A stretch of 63,992 bases of DNA, the filler included, from Reticulomyxa filosa (lineage: Eukaryota; Protista; Foraminifera): the NCBI GenBank assembly GCA_000512085.1. It is 13 parts of 13 records of this genome, joined end to end, with 100 filler letters (N's around TTAATTAATTAA, not from the genome) between each part and the next. Parts side by side here need not be neighbours in the genome. Positions count along the whole stretch, not along the records: positions 48,012 to 54,436 come from ASPP01018427.1; positions 54,537 to 58,118 come from ASPP01015364.1; positions 58,219 to 61,554 come from ASPP01001819.1; 10 more parts are not named here. One strand, given 5' to 3'. Under the pieces are notes generated by a model. That model was not told the origin of the DNA. It saw only the letters and a list, made by a program, of their open reading frames with translations, and ran no database searches. A program made the translations under genes and the position numbers. Each line of letters starts with the position of its first letter. The stretch's first letter is position 1. Positions 48,012 through 61,554 of this stretch are shown here, piece by piece.

Positions 48012-51000
48012 ATTTTTTGTTGTATCATAATAGTGTTGCAATCGATCCGGAGGAACACTGGCGCGAACATTTTTAAGTGACTGTTCAAAATGTTTAATAG
48101 TAATATCTGGGACTTCATCTTCACTACTAAAATTGACAATATTGGCGCCCAAATCTCGAATTGGACCCATAGCGGCATCTTTGCATAAGTTTTTGATATC
48201 ACTACAACTGTAACGGTCAGTTTTTTTGGAAATCAATTGAAAGTCTTCTTCTGTCAGATTATTTTTCTGTTTTTGCACCAAGTTTCGCAGCAAGCCATAT
48301 CTCGCCTCAAAATCGGGTTGCGGGACCAATATTCGTTTGCTGAATCTTCTTAGCACTGCATCATCCAACTCTTCGGGTAGATTGGTTGCTCCAATGATAA
48401 GCACTTGCTTCTCTTGATTTGTTTGTGTCGATGCGCCGACACCATCAAACTGCACCAAAAACTCGGTCTTGATGCGTCGTGATGACTCCGCTTCTGACTT
48501 ACCGCCACGTGCAGTAAGCAGAGAGTCGATTTCATCGATAAATATGATGGAAGGTGCTTTGTCACGTGCCATTCGAAATAACGTCCGCATCAAACGTTCG
48601 GCTTCTCCGACAAACTTACTTGTTATGGACGACGCACTAATGCTAAAGAATGTGCATTTGCAAGACGACGCAACACATTTGGCAATCATTGTTTTACCAT
48701 TGCCAGGAGGACCAAATAGCAATATCCCTGTCCATGTTTTGATATGTACACATAGTAATGTGTATACGTAAAGTCCTTACATTGTTGTACATTGAAGAGG
48801 GGGGGAGGGGGGGGGGAGAAAGAGGGAAGGGAAAACTAAACCCATGCCAGGTTCTCTCAATCCCGTGAACAGTTGTGGTTTTAATGCAGGCAGAATAACA
48901 GTTTCATACAACGCCAGTTTGACACTATTCAATCCCAAGACATCTGCAAATGAAACATTTGGCGACTCTGCAATAATATCTTCCTCCAATCTCGCTTCGA
49001 AAGCAGCGTCTGGATTATCATCCGATTTCTTTTGATTTTTTTTATTGTTGTCATTGTTATTGTTATTATTGTTATTGTTATTGTTGCTATTTTGATCAGG
49101 AGGTTCGACTCCTTTGGTGTAATCGTCTTTTTTCCAATCGTCACTCGACGATGGGCCCGTTTGCGCATTGGAGACATGATTCGAAGAAGAAGAAATAAAC
49201 GTAGATTGAGTCCTTCGATGATGAGTTCCACCCTGACCTCCACGACGGTGTTGCAAGTCTGTTTTTTTGGACAAGCGAAATACTTTGACACGGAAGTCGC
49301 TTAGTTTGTTGCGATATACTTCTTTGAAGGGATGGTCGTTGGGCAATTCGTCGAATGCATTTTCCAAGAGTTTGACCCCTTTTTGATAATTTGCAAACGC
49401 ACCGCTGAAGTCGTTGTTGAGCTCACATTCACTGGCCGACTTGAAAAAAGAAGCGCCTGGGATGTCACCCTCGTTCGCATTGTCGTTGGCCGCTGGCGTT
49501 TCTTCGCTCTCTTTCAGTTCTGATGCAAACCATGACGAAGACTGCGCCAAGCTTTCCAACCGACTGAACGATGGTGTTTGTACCTCGTTCGTACGTGAAG
49601 GCTGTCATTTTTTTTTTTTTTTAATTTTTTAAAACTCGAAACAAAATAATAACAAATATGATAAAAATAAAAAATAACGCAGCTGACAATGCCAAGGAGG
49701 TGTTGGCATTTACGACCGGATTGGCATTCGTTTTGACTGGTAACTTATTGATATTGGTATTACTGTTTGCTTTTTTGGACACCTTCATTTGTGACAAAGT
49801 GGCCATGCTCATACTTTTTTCATGTTTGGCTATACTGTTGTTACTATTATTATTATTGTTGTTATTATTATTGTTATTGCTATTGTTATTAGCATTACCG
49901 GTAGTATTATTCGGTTGAATTTTGCGAGAGGAACTACCCCTTACCAAGGAATGGGAGCTTCTGTTGGCCGGTGTTGGCTTGTTGTCTTTGTCTCTTTGTT
50001 TGTCTTTGATTTTATCTTTATCCTTATCCTTATCCTTATTTTTGTCTTTTTCTTTTTTATTCGTTGCTTTGGGCTTGTCTTTGTGTTTTTCTTTTTGTTG
50101 CAATTGAAGCGCTTGAACTCTTTGGTAAGGAGTTCGAGTGACCTCGTTGAGCACTTTGAGACGAAGAACGAGAGGCAATTCATCGCAGGTATGCAATCGG
50201 TCCATGACTTCGTCATAGTTTTTGGACTCGATATTTTTGGAATTGATTTCAATGATTACACTGTTGGTTTTCAATCCGCACTCTTCGGCGACACTTCCCT
50301 TTTTGATTCTGTCAATCACGACATAGCTACGTTCCACGCTATCGGGTACCACGATGAACCCAAAGGGTCTACGGTCCAATCGCACTTCGTACTCGTGTTC
50401 ATCGCGGCATTTATCGCAAATGCGTTGCGATTTTTTGCGATCATAGCCAATCTCACGACGACGCGTCTTGCTATGTGCGCTGCACAGCTTCCGTCCACAA
50501 CGTCGACACCAATGTCTTTTCATCGATTTCTTATTGCAAATTTCGCACACATAGTCTTCGTCTTCTTCTACTTCTTCTTCACCCGCTGCCCCTTCTTCTT
50601 CTTCTTCTTCTTCTGCAGCTGCTGGTCCATCTTCCTCACGTTCTTGTTCGGTTCCTTGTTCCGGATCGGTTCTCCCTTCTCTTCATTGCCATGATCTCCA
50701 TTGGCTATAGCCGTCGTTTCCGATAACGATAATGACGAGGATAATCCTCGGCGTGGGTCATTATTTTTCGTTTTACTCTTATTACCTTCGTTGTTTCCAT
50801 TGGTCATGCTCGTCCGTTTGACCTGTTGCTTCACAGGTTTTTGATTGGTTGCCACCACTTCAGTGTTCTTACCAAACGAGAAACGTGCTTGACTTTTATG
50901 TCCATAATTTCGACTCACACTTCGGCTGGTACTACTCGGACGACTGTCCGCACTTGCCACACTCTCATTGTCTGTCAGGTCGTCCCTATCTTTGCTTCGA

Positions 51001-51692
51001 AGTAGATGCACACTTGGTGTTATCGTGCTCTGGTTACGAGGAGCTCGACTGTTGCTATTGACGGTACTTGCACTTTGCCCAATGTTTATTGTGCTGCTCA
51101 AATTGTTATCTTCCGCCGAATCGTAGCCGCTTTTGCCTGGGGGACTTTCGTCTCCTCGGATTGTCACACTCAACTCCTCTGCTGTGCTGCTGCGACTATG
51201 CGATACTCCTGTTATCATGTAATTGTTGGCTTCTTCCCCAGTGCTATGTGTGTACTTTTTTTTTTTGTTTGTTTGATTTGTAATTTGATGTGTCAGCAAA
51301 ATTCGTTATCACTCTTCCTTTTCTTTTTTTTTTTTTTTTTAATTAAATAAAATAAATAAAAAAAAAAAGAGCAAACTTCAAATTTAATGCGAACTTTGGA
51401 CTTGTTTAATAGTTTTTCAATATTTTTGAAAGTATATGTTTTCATGTGCTCTCCATTGATACTTACGATTTGTGACCCCAATTTTATCAGCGATTTGTAA
51501 GCATCCAGTTTTAAATTTACTACTTTAGCCCCTCGAATCCCGTCACATGGCATCACGTCAATTGCATCGCACACTTTTTCATTGATCTCCACGTAGTAGG
51601 TTTCTTTTTTCTTTTTTTTTTTTTTTGCCCGTCCCAAACGCAAAAAAATTAAATATTGTGTGACCAACGCGTTTGGGCTTTCTCACATTCAT
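48012..51692 (-). CDS. SPAST: Spastin-type microtubule-severing AAA ATPase with predicted PDZ-FYVE-PDZ-MIT N-terminal extension
   Basis: AAA: VILPALKPQLFTGLREP, LLFGPPGNGKT, FFSISASSITSKFVGE, IIFIDEIDS, SRRIKTEFLVQFDG. MIT at about 49265-49457, PDZ at about 50150-50395, FYVE at about 50400-50550, PDZ at about 51377-51600. The spastin call is near certain; the full fusion needs one frameshift correction near 50670. Confidence 0.8.
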
Positions 51693-52035
51693 ATGAAATC
51701 ACACAGCAAATACAATACACACACTAAAAAGTCCACAAAACTGGCATAAAGATGTTTGCTGGTTTTTTGTGAGAAAGTTACTTGCCCACAATCCAACATA
51801 AAAATTCTGCAAAAAAAAAACCCCCTCGTCCAGAGCCGTACCCAAAGTTTCTCAAGCCACGATTTCAGCAAAAGACAATTCTTGTGCACATATTGACAAA
51901 ATTAACAGCATGCACAATTGTGCACAGTGCCAGTGTTAAAAAAAAAATCAGCCTTTTGCAAAAGGGGCAAACAACTGTTAAGTACTTAACCATATTCCCT
52001 GATTTATTGACAATTCCAGATAAAAAAAAAAGAGA

Positions 52036-53338
52036 ATGCATTTTGTACTGTTTGGTGTTTTATTGCTTCTTCCTGTGGGTTGGAGTACAAATTCTGAATT
52101 AAAAACCTGGCCCTGCAAGTGGACTCTGCCGAACGCGACGTATGACTTATGCTCTTTCCAATTGAACAAAGAGTCGCAAATATCTTACTTTACAGTTTGG
52201 GATAACGACACGATTGCGAATGTTCGAAATTTTAGTTATCTCTTCAACGTTGCGGCCACATTAGTGAGTGCTCCAGAAACAGAGTCTTGTACAAATTTGA
52301 CAATGCGAAACAACTATGACCTGCCAATGGGGTATTGTTCAAACCTAACCACAAACAATCCCCAGTGTATCGGATATATCCAACCAATTAATAGCACAAG
52401 TTTATTGTTTGGTTGACATCCATCTTTTTTTAAAAAAAAAAAAAAATAAAGATAACAATTCAACCAACTAAAAGTTAATCAGCCAAACAAACAAACAAAC
52501 AAAAAAAGCTGGTGCATATCAAGCAGCACACGGGCATACAACGCCTGGATGCTATAGATTGCATGATGGCAAGGCTTCACCAGTTTGGTCATTTTATGAC
52601 AAGACGAATCCTTCTTCTGGAGTTGTCCTCACATATCCCAATGGAGATTATTGTCCTGAATATTTAGTTTCGGCATATACTATGCAAACAAACAAAAAAT
52701 ATGTATATAAGGTACACCTGGTTGTCGATTGAAAAAATACTATGACTTATATTGACTAATGACAGACAAATAGACAAATGCGTTTGGAGTTCACATGTGG
52801 TGGAAAGATAGACAATTATCCAGACAAAGAAGAAAGCGTTGCAGAAGATGGCTGCGTGTATACCATTCGAATACCAACGCTTTTTGGGTGTCCTTTGGAA
52901 TGCCCCATTGTTGATGAACGATTGTGTAATGGATATGGTGTTTGCGATTTTGACTACACCTCGCAAAAATCAAAATGTTTTTGTTTTATGGTAGGTGATA
53001 CGTTGAAAAAGTTAGCAAGGAAAAAAAAATAAACAAAAAACAGAGCAACTGTAAAAATGAATGAACACATTTATCGAAAAGGTAAATTCGGAGATGACTG
53101 TTCATTGAATGAAGACCCTGATGTGGAGACAAAAGTTGAAGTGAATGACAGTGGATACATGGCAGGATTAATTGTGATAATCATCTTGATGTTCATAACT
53201 GCTGCAATATTAATATACCTCTTTCGAAAGTTACGAAATACTCTTGCAATATCCGCTTTGAGAGCAAAGCAAGAGACTCTAAAGTCTGATGAAGACTCTG
53301 ACGATGGAATGCTAGATGATGGTGTAGACCGGTTGTAG
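52036..53338 (+). CDS. Mannose-6-phosphate-receptor-homology (MRH) + EGF type I membrane protein (MPR/ATG27-like sorting receptor)
   Basis: Signal peptide; CxWxxxxATYDL; YLFNV; NPSSGVVLTYPNGDYC; LEFTC; CVYTIRIPTLFGCP; EGF (LCNGYGVC..CFC..GKFGDDC); TM; acidic tail DEDSDDGML. Confidence 0.75.
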
Positions 53339-54086
53339 AACACTTTTTTTTAATGTTGTGTGTTTTCCCAGAGCTGCTGATCTCTTCACAAACAAAGCTA
53401 CAAAATTGCAGACTATTGCACCAATATGATTGTTATACTTTTTTTCCCCTTTCTCACAATCTAGAAAAATTAATTGTACTCGAAATTTTTCTTTTTTTTT
53501 GGTTCTGAAGTCGTACGTGCAAAAAAGTTCTAAATGTTTACCAAGGCTTTCCTAAAAGATTTTACATCACAAAACACGCCTTTTGAAAACAAACCAACAC
53601 AACGAAAAACAAGAAATAAAAGAGGAAGGAAAACTTTGCACTATTCTATGCAACAATCATCAAGCAAAAGAAAGAAAGTCCACTACATGCAGCCCTTCAA
53701 TGAAGAGATTTTATTTGTCTCGCTCCTACAGGCTTGTAGAAAGATGGACTGCATCTTTGGAAGAAGAAAAAAATAAAACAAAGCAAACAAACAAACAAAA
53801 AAAAGTAACCATTGGCAATTTACAATAAACCGGATACATAACAATTCGAACAATTCAATGCCAGATTACTTTGAATATATTTTGACTTGAACACACACAA
53901 TGAATAAAACAGAAACAAACAAAACGAAACAAAAAGAAAAAGAAAATAAAACGATAGTAATGCATTGCTTTACTAATAAACTCGACGAAAGTTCAATGTG
54001 TCAAAAGTAAATGAAAAATTGTTACAAGATATATAAAAAAAAAAAACAAAAAGAAAAGAGAAAACAATAAACCTATTGGCTGAACA

Positions 54087-54340
54087 TCAATTTCCCATTT
54101 CACTGTTATCAGTGGATGAAGGGATAGACACAACAGAATTTGGAGGAGCACCTAATTTAACAATTGCAGACCACAATATAAACTGTGATTGAGCGTCGTT
54201 GCCACAAACCTGTTTCAAATCATCCTTGGAATGGATCAAGTTCAACAAGTCCAAAAATGTGAACACACCAATATCTTCAAATTTTGTTAGGTAGCGTTCG
54301 CAGTGCAATTTCTTCAGCCACTCTTCGAACTTTGTATCAA
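54087..54340 (-). CDS. Last exon of a truncated gene encoding a C-terminal SAM domain
   Basis: FEEWLKKLHCERYLTKFEDIGVFTFLDLLNL..DDLKQV..ILWSAIVKL. Confidence 0.6.
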
Positions 54341-54399
54341 TTGTGCATATACATATATGTATATATTTTTTAAAAATTTTTAATGAGTCCTTTCTCTAC

Positions 54400-54436
<37 letters not shown>

Positions 54437-54536
54437 NNNNNNNNNNNNNNNNNNNNNNNNNNNNNNNNNNNNNNNNNNNNTTAATTAATTAANNNNNNNN
54501 NNNNNNNNNNNNNNNNNNNNNNNNNNNNNNNNNNNN
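54437..54536. other. Artificial contig linker
   Basis: N44-TTAATTAATTAA-N44. Confidence 0.99.
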
Positions 54537-56005
54537 AACAACAACAACAACAACAACAACAAGATATTGTTAAAAAAGAAAAAGAAGAAAAAGAAGAAGA
54601 AAAAAACAACAACAAAAAGATCAAACAGATATTGAATCTGTTGTCGTGTTTGATAACACTACCATCGCCATTGCCAAATATCCCGTCATTGACCAATTTG
54701 TCCCGCAATATCGACACCAGTTGCAACAGTGGAACAAACTCAGTGGCGAAAAGACTGGTCGCTATGGCTATTCCAAACGCTATCGCTTATACTTCAAAAT
54801 GGTACGCGCCTTGGAACACTGTCTCAAATGGGTCACGCAGGAACTCGACAAATACGCGTCTGGCATCTCCGATGCTGTCAAACCGCTTCGCGTCGCTCAA
54901 CAGTATCTGAACTTCCAACTCGCTCGTGTCACTCTCGTCAGATTGCAAGATTGGCAAAGAGATCAAATTGGTCGTTTGAAACTTTCCAGTTTCGCAAAAA
55001 AAAAAAAAAAAAAGGGGGGGGGGAAAATATAGTTTTATACATATCACATATATGTGCTACATTCATACCAATGACAAAAAAGATGAGGAACGCAACTCGA
55101 CAGACAATTCCAAAGACGAAAAAAAAATAGAAACACATGCCAATTCAAACGGGAAAAAAACAAAGGCGAAAATCACGTCGAAACAAAAAAATACACTGTT
55201 TCACGACTTGGCATTGATGTGCGAAGAACAGATCAAACAAATCGATATATTGTACGAAAGCGGAAGTGCCACCAAACACGCCGAGTTTGAAAAGGAATTG
55301 GACAGCTTGCGACAAAGCTATGAAATACAAAGGAGATACTACATTGGACGCATCTATTATGCCAATGGAGACTTCCACAACAGCAACCTCGTGTTCGAAA
55401 CGTTGCAGACTGACTGCCAACAATACTTGCAAGAACACTCGTCACAGAATGCCACTGATAATCCCTTCAAGCCAAATGGGATGAGTGGATTGGAGTGTCA
55501 CCCTTTGTCAAAGTTTCTCAACATATTCTCTGGATTGAATCTTTACTTAAAGAATGTCGAAAGTTTACTGTTTTGAGTAAAGCTAAAGCAGTATTAAGCA
55601 TTCCAGTTTCATATACATACATACATATATATATATATATATTGTTTATTTATTTATATACTTATTTTTTTCTTTCACTTTCATGTGTTTAAAATGTAGT
55701 CCGCTCTACAACTGTAGTGTGTACACATAACATAACGACAAAAGGGCGTAGAAGAAGCAAAAACGAGTCTAGAATCATGGGAAATTGAAGACTTTGGACT
55801 GACTCTATATCCACTGGTTCCAAAACCAGTCATATTTGATTTGGCTTGGAACCATATCGAATATGACGTTGATGAAAATGATGCTGCTTCACACGATAAC
55901 AAAAAGCATCGACATCATAGACACGACACCGAAGAAGAACATCCAGCAGAAACCAAAGAGCAAGAAGAGCAACAATCCAGAAAAAAGTGGTTTGGCATTT
56001 TTTAA
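54537..56005 (+). CDS. SRP68: Signal recognition particle subunit SRP68, C-terminal half (5' truncated)
   Basis: RRYYIGRIYYANGDF (TPR-like), LYPLVPKPVIFDLAWNHIEY and C-terminal KKWFGIF*, characteristic of SRP68. Confidence 0.75.
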
Positions 56006-56773
56006 GTTGGATTGTTGCTTTGAGTTATTTTTTATTATAACTTCTAAAGTGAATACTTTTGTTGAACAATTTAGTTTTTTACTAATTAAAAAACTTACTT
56101 GAACAGGACTGAACTAAAGTTGTCATTTTTCATAATTTTTTGTTATTCTGGCAGTTGTTGTGCATGACATCACTTTTGTACATTGCTTTTTCTGCAAACA
56201 CTAATGTTGCATAGCCACAGCCTTACAAAAGTATTTTCAAAGTATAAGTTCGTCAAAAAGAAAACACACATTAATTCGAAGATAAAAAAAAAAGACGCCC
56301 ACAGCCGTTTACATCGATTGGACACAGACCCGTGAAACAGGCCTACATCAGAATCTTTCCTCAACAACCGCAGACAAAAACGGTACTACCACAACACCCT
56401 ACCACCAAGTGCTTCTTGATGTAGTACCGACGCCGGTAGAATCATTCTATATATGCATACTAAAATTTCATGGATCAAACTTCTTTTTTCGAGTTTTGCG
56501 CTACAAACAATCATTGAACTTATTTCTATTCAAAAATACTAATTGTGTAAATGAACAAATTAGGAACCGGAATTTTTGTTCAGACAAAATTATTGAATAT
56601 TAATTATTTTCTAAGAAAAGGATTTTAAAATGGAAATTGACCTTCTTTCAAAAATGATTTAAAAAAGCCCATAAATTGAACTTTCACAATACGTTTTCAT
56701 GGATGTGCAAAAAAAAGCAACAATGTGGCACCGTCAAATAACGAAATAAGAAAGGAAAGAAAACAATTTGAAA

Positions 56774-58100
56774 TTAGACGTAGAGATAAACCGATGCATT
56801 ATCGGGGTCTCTAGTTAAATATTCCCGTTCTATTAAATCCCCGATTCGCTCTTTGATCTGTTTGGGATGAGGAGCGAACCGGTGCATTAGTTGTTGACAA
56901 ACCTCATTCAACAATTGAGTATGTTCAAGTCGTTTACGTGCTTTCATGATCCGCACCAAACATGCATCAATTATGAACTTTCTCTCACCGGCGACGATAC
57001 TAGTGCTGTCTTGTCTATCTTCTTTGGTCACACGTTTGACGCCATTTGGGATTCGAACCATTCGGCGGGATGGATTATACAATTGGTTGACGGAAATTCT
57101 TTTGTGTTATATTGGATTTAGTGTATATGTTATTGACAATCAACAAAAAAAAAAAAAAAGAAACAACAGGCGAAAACAAACATGTCATCTGTTTTGTATC
57201 CTTTGGCAGGCCGTTTCAATAAAACCGGAAATTGGCTGGAGCACAGCGGTTTCATTTGAACCTTTAATTGATTGGGATCACATTCAAGCATTTTGATGAC
57301 GTCAGCAATGCGAATGGAATCAATTTGATTGAATATTAACAAGATGCAAGCTTGCAATGTGCTGACTTGAAAAGTGACCACTTTGTTAGTTTCTTTGAAA
57401 GACCCTTGTATTTCCAAAGTGCCCAAATCATGAAGCCAGCATAACTTGCGTTTTTCATGTAAGCTTGTGAAATACTCTTCAAACAAATCCACTCCGGTCA
57501 TCATCGAACGGGGCAATCTGATTCTTAAATTCCCAATGCTCGGCCAAAACCCGCTTGTCAATATTTGTGGCTCAAACTCATATGGTAACTCTCGTCGACG
57601 GTCTTTTATGTAGCGTTCAAACTTATTCGCATGTTCTGTGCTTCGTTGCATGTCTTTCAGCATGCCTTCCAATTTCGATGTAAATTGTGCGCCACAGCGA
57701 AGCTGTCCGTATGTAACAGTATACGTGGGTGCATATTACACATATATACACATTTATATGCATATAGCTTATGTAGATAGAGTCTGACCGTTTGTAGCAA
57801 AGCAAAACTTTTAATTTGGTGACAAAATGCTTTTCGGCATGGTCATTGATGGATTTTTTGGTGAGCAACCGCTTTGCCAATAGCTTTTTGTAGAATTCGA
57901 GAAATAAGTCTTTGTCATTGACATACGCAAAAACCTTGACAATCTGGTCCAATTGGGATAGCAAATCACTTTCCGACAGCAGCTTGTTTCCATTGTCTTT
58001 GCGTAACAGATAGTCTGTGTGGATCGCCAACAGCTCTTGTATATCGATCGTTGTTTCAGTCAACGGCGGTTTAAGATATGTGTATAGCCCTTTTATCGTC
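56774..58100 (-). CDS. Cullin, CUL1-like (5' truncated)
   Basis: DKDLFLEFYKKLLAKRLL, CGAQFTSKLEGMLKDM, ILTSGFWP, RKLCWLHDLG, neddylation domain IDACLVRIMKARK..LIEREYLTRD. Confidence 0.95.
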
Positions 58101-58118
58101 GTTTTTTTTTTTTTTTTT

Positions 58119-58218
58119 NNNNNNNNNNNNNNNNNNNNNNNNNNNNNNNNNNNNNNNNNNNNTTAATTAATTAANNNNNNNNNNNNNNNNNNNNNNNNNN
58201 NNNNNNNNNNNNNNNNNN
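58119..58218. other. Artificial contig linker
   Basis: N44-TTAATTAATTAA-N44. Confidence 0.99.
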
Positions 58219-58250
<32 letters not shown>

Positions 58251-58259
58251 TATATTACA

Positions 58260-61200
58260 AACCAGAAAATCAGCACCAGTATGTTTCAACAACGCAGCAA
58301 AGATTGCCAATTGAGCTTGATTGAGATAAGAGACGACATCGACCGAGTCAAGTAAGTTGCACCCAGAGACCTTTGCGGAGATATGAAACAACTCTTGCAC
58401 AAACTTTTCCAACACTTTGTCTTGTGAATACGTCCTTCGATAGATTTTCGTCAGCATGTCTTCCACCTCATGTTGATTTTCTTTCTTTGCCGGCGATTCA
58501 AGCCAAAAATGTAGCACCGACACCCAATTGCGCGACGTATCCGTTTTCTCACGTGTCTATTGTTTGAAAAAGAAAAAACTGCGTTTGATGCAATTTTTTT
58601 TTTTTTTTTGGTGAGCACTAACCTCAAGATCAATGTTTGTTTGAGAGGGCATGTTTGAATGAAAAGATGGAGTGTGATGAAGCCCTCCAGCAAATAATAG
58701 TGCGAAATCGTGCAGACTTTGAAAGGGCAGTCTGATTTTGCCGAGATCGATAAAATTGGAGGCAACAATGTTATGGATGCGAACCAACAGACAGCTAATG
58801 TCCTCTAACCATCGGAGCTGGCTCATCTCTGAGTCCACCACTTCGGCCTGGATTTGTACACGGTATCCCCATTGCAAGCCATCAAACTTGTCCGCAGCGC
58901 TATTGTCTGTGTCGTACATCGCCGTAGTACTGCTGCTGGTAAAGTGGAGAGCGAGGGAATCACCGGCGACCACCAGTGTTTTGGGCCATTGCTCAAAGGG
59001 TCCCCACAAGGGTCCTGCCACACGTTTGAAATTCTTTTTAAAAAAAAAAAAAAAAAATAAATCATTGCAAGTTTAAAAAAAAAAAAAAGGCCACACAAAA
59101 CATTGGAAGTTTTCACAAAGATTTGCAAATAATCAGTCTGGCCAGTGGTACAGGATTGCGGATCGAAAGTAACATGCAGCTGTGTTGCACCAGGGATGGA
59201 AACGAGTTTTTGTACGCATACTCCTTTAACGTAAGGATGTTTGGACTCCTTTGTCACCAAGACAGTTTGAGTTGGTGGGTATTGACATGCTTTACCGGCG
59301 TCGTATAGACATGCGTCTATGTGTTTCAACATTGTGGTGAGGTTGGGGATGACGTGCTCCATCGTATGGTAATGTATGGAAATCCGAGCCAGTTCATTGA
59401 TCAGCTCGTCGGATTGAGACTTTTCAATCCACGATGCTAAACAAGTCAACAATGGCTTGGTGATCTTTGCAAAAAACTCGCGCACGCCATTGGTCTGCTG
59501 ATCTTTCATCTTACGTCGTTGCAAACAACCACATCAAACTTGCCTTCGTTTTTTTTTTTTTTTTTTTTGTTTTAAATAAATTGTGTGACTCTAACCTGAT
59601 GAAGGACACCGACACTGGACAAGTCACTAAGGATACTTTGCGAAATGGTAATTACGGTGTTGATATATTGCGACATCAAGTCTTGCAAAAAGGGAATCTT
59701 TTCCTCCTTCTTTTGCTCCATCTTTTTCTCCTCTTTGCTGTCCGACTCCACTTTCGTAGCTTTTGCACACAATTGCCAATACATTTGAATGATCAATGGT
59801 GCGTCTTCTTCCAAATACTTTTTATTGTCTTTCACTTGCTCACGCATCCATCTTTCGTAACCAAACGTCAGCACAATCTGTTATCACGTTTGTACAGTGG
59901 CTCAATGTCAAGCTTCATGAAACAAAAAAAAAAAAAGAATTAAAGATTACACAATTCGTATACGTCTTTTTTTGAGTTGAAAGAAAGCTTAACTTGCAAA
60001 TCATACATCAATTGCAGAATGTCAAAGGATTCTTTTTCTGACCCACTTTCGTGGAGTTTTTTTGAAAACATTTTTAACAGCACTTGCAACGTGTCGAAAA
60101 AGACTAATTCCAAAAAAAAAAAAACACACACACACACGCACTATACAAACATATACGTAATAAAAAGTAAGAATTACGTAACATTGCAAGGATTGAGACG
60201 AAGAGGTCAATGCACTTTCCACCAAAAAGGAACACTCGGAAACGCGTTGCAACTGTTTCAATAAGATGGGAGAGATGGTATCCACCTCCAACTTGGTTAT
60301 TTCGTGGATTGAGACAATTGTGCTTTTGTTGCGCTTGGCAAAGTAGTCATTTACATATGATAGCTCGGTCCATCCATTACGACTTGCATATAATGCCAGC
60401 AGATAAAACAGCTTTTTTTTTTTTCCCAACACAAAAAAAAAAAAAAGTATACATATATACATATATGTATATGTAATATATATTTAAAATGAAAAAAAAA
60501 TAAATATTGCGTATATGTAACCTTGTCCATTGGTGCAGGGAAGAATAGCTTTTGTCCTTGGGCCAAAGCTTGGCAGGCAATCTTGCGAATGCAATCGGGT
60601 ACAGGTTTGGTTGTGTCGGACACAGTTTGACGAATAATGGAAAACAGTTTTGCTTTGAGCCGATGTGTCAATCCGAACGGATACGTCAAATGCTCGGATT
60701 TGACTTTGAGTGTGTCGATGTGTGTCATTTGCAATTTGATAAGACTCAAAGTGTGGGACACAAGTAATTGTGCTGATTGTTGCACCGATTCTTTTGTGGA
60801 GGACACTAGCAATTCTATGCAAACATTAAACAAAACAAAACCAAAAAAAAAAAAAAATAGCAATACTATATAGCTTTCTAATTTCAATTTATCATTTGGT
60901 TTGAAGCAAAGTAGTTTGAAAAAAAAAAAAAAAAAATGCATACATATATATGTATATATATGTACACGTATACATATATGTATATATGCACGCACGTATA
61001 CCGTAGGACAAGTCCAAAATGTCAGTTAGCGTGGTGAGTACTCGCATCGACAAATCCACATGGAGTGGTTCACGAATGGTCTCACGATTCAACGACCACG
61101 AAAAGTCAGACTCACGATTTTTAGCAATTAGCAACAATTCAGACAGCAATGCCACGGACAAGGAGAGTCCGTCCAAACGGCTGTCGAAATTCAGCACAGA

Positions 61201-61520
61201 GTAATGATTCGTTTCCTCGCAGAGATTAGTGGATGTGGTATTCGTATCTTGCGCTTTAATTTTGAATAAATCCTTGTCGTTGCCATCATCATCGTCGCCA
61301 TTGCCACAAGCAGCGTTCATATTCGAAGCGGAGGAAGTCATCGCGTCGCAACGATCTACTTGCGTGCATGCATCACCATGTCGGACTCTACGTAGCGCAA
61401 AACATTCATCCACGTTTTCGGCCAAGTTTAATATGGACGAGTGTTTGGACAACTCACAAGCGTAGTCATGCAATTTCGTCAGTACTTTGCCGGCAGAATA
61501 ATAACCTCCTTGAAAGAACT
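58260..61520 (-). CDS. Internal fragment of a giant alpha-solenoid protein with an ESxHPY CUB-like domain (ZZEF1/HECTD4/MYCBP2-like E3 ligase)
   Basis: ESKHPY..VSIPGATQLHVTFDPQSCT..DYLQIF...LVVAGDSLALHFTS...WGYRVQI; ACQALAQGQKLFFP. Truncated at both ends. Confidence 0.6.
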
Positions 61521-61554
61521 TTAAAAAAAAAAAAAAAAGGATAAGAATATCTTT

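Noticed and set aside
50660-50680. Frameshifts as possible programmed recoding or RNA editing
   Set aside because: Most shifts in the window are 1-nt changes in or next to homopolymers with no slippery-site or structure pattern; sequencing error is more parsimonious.
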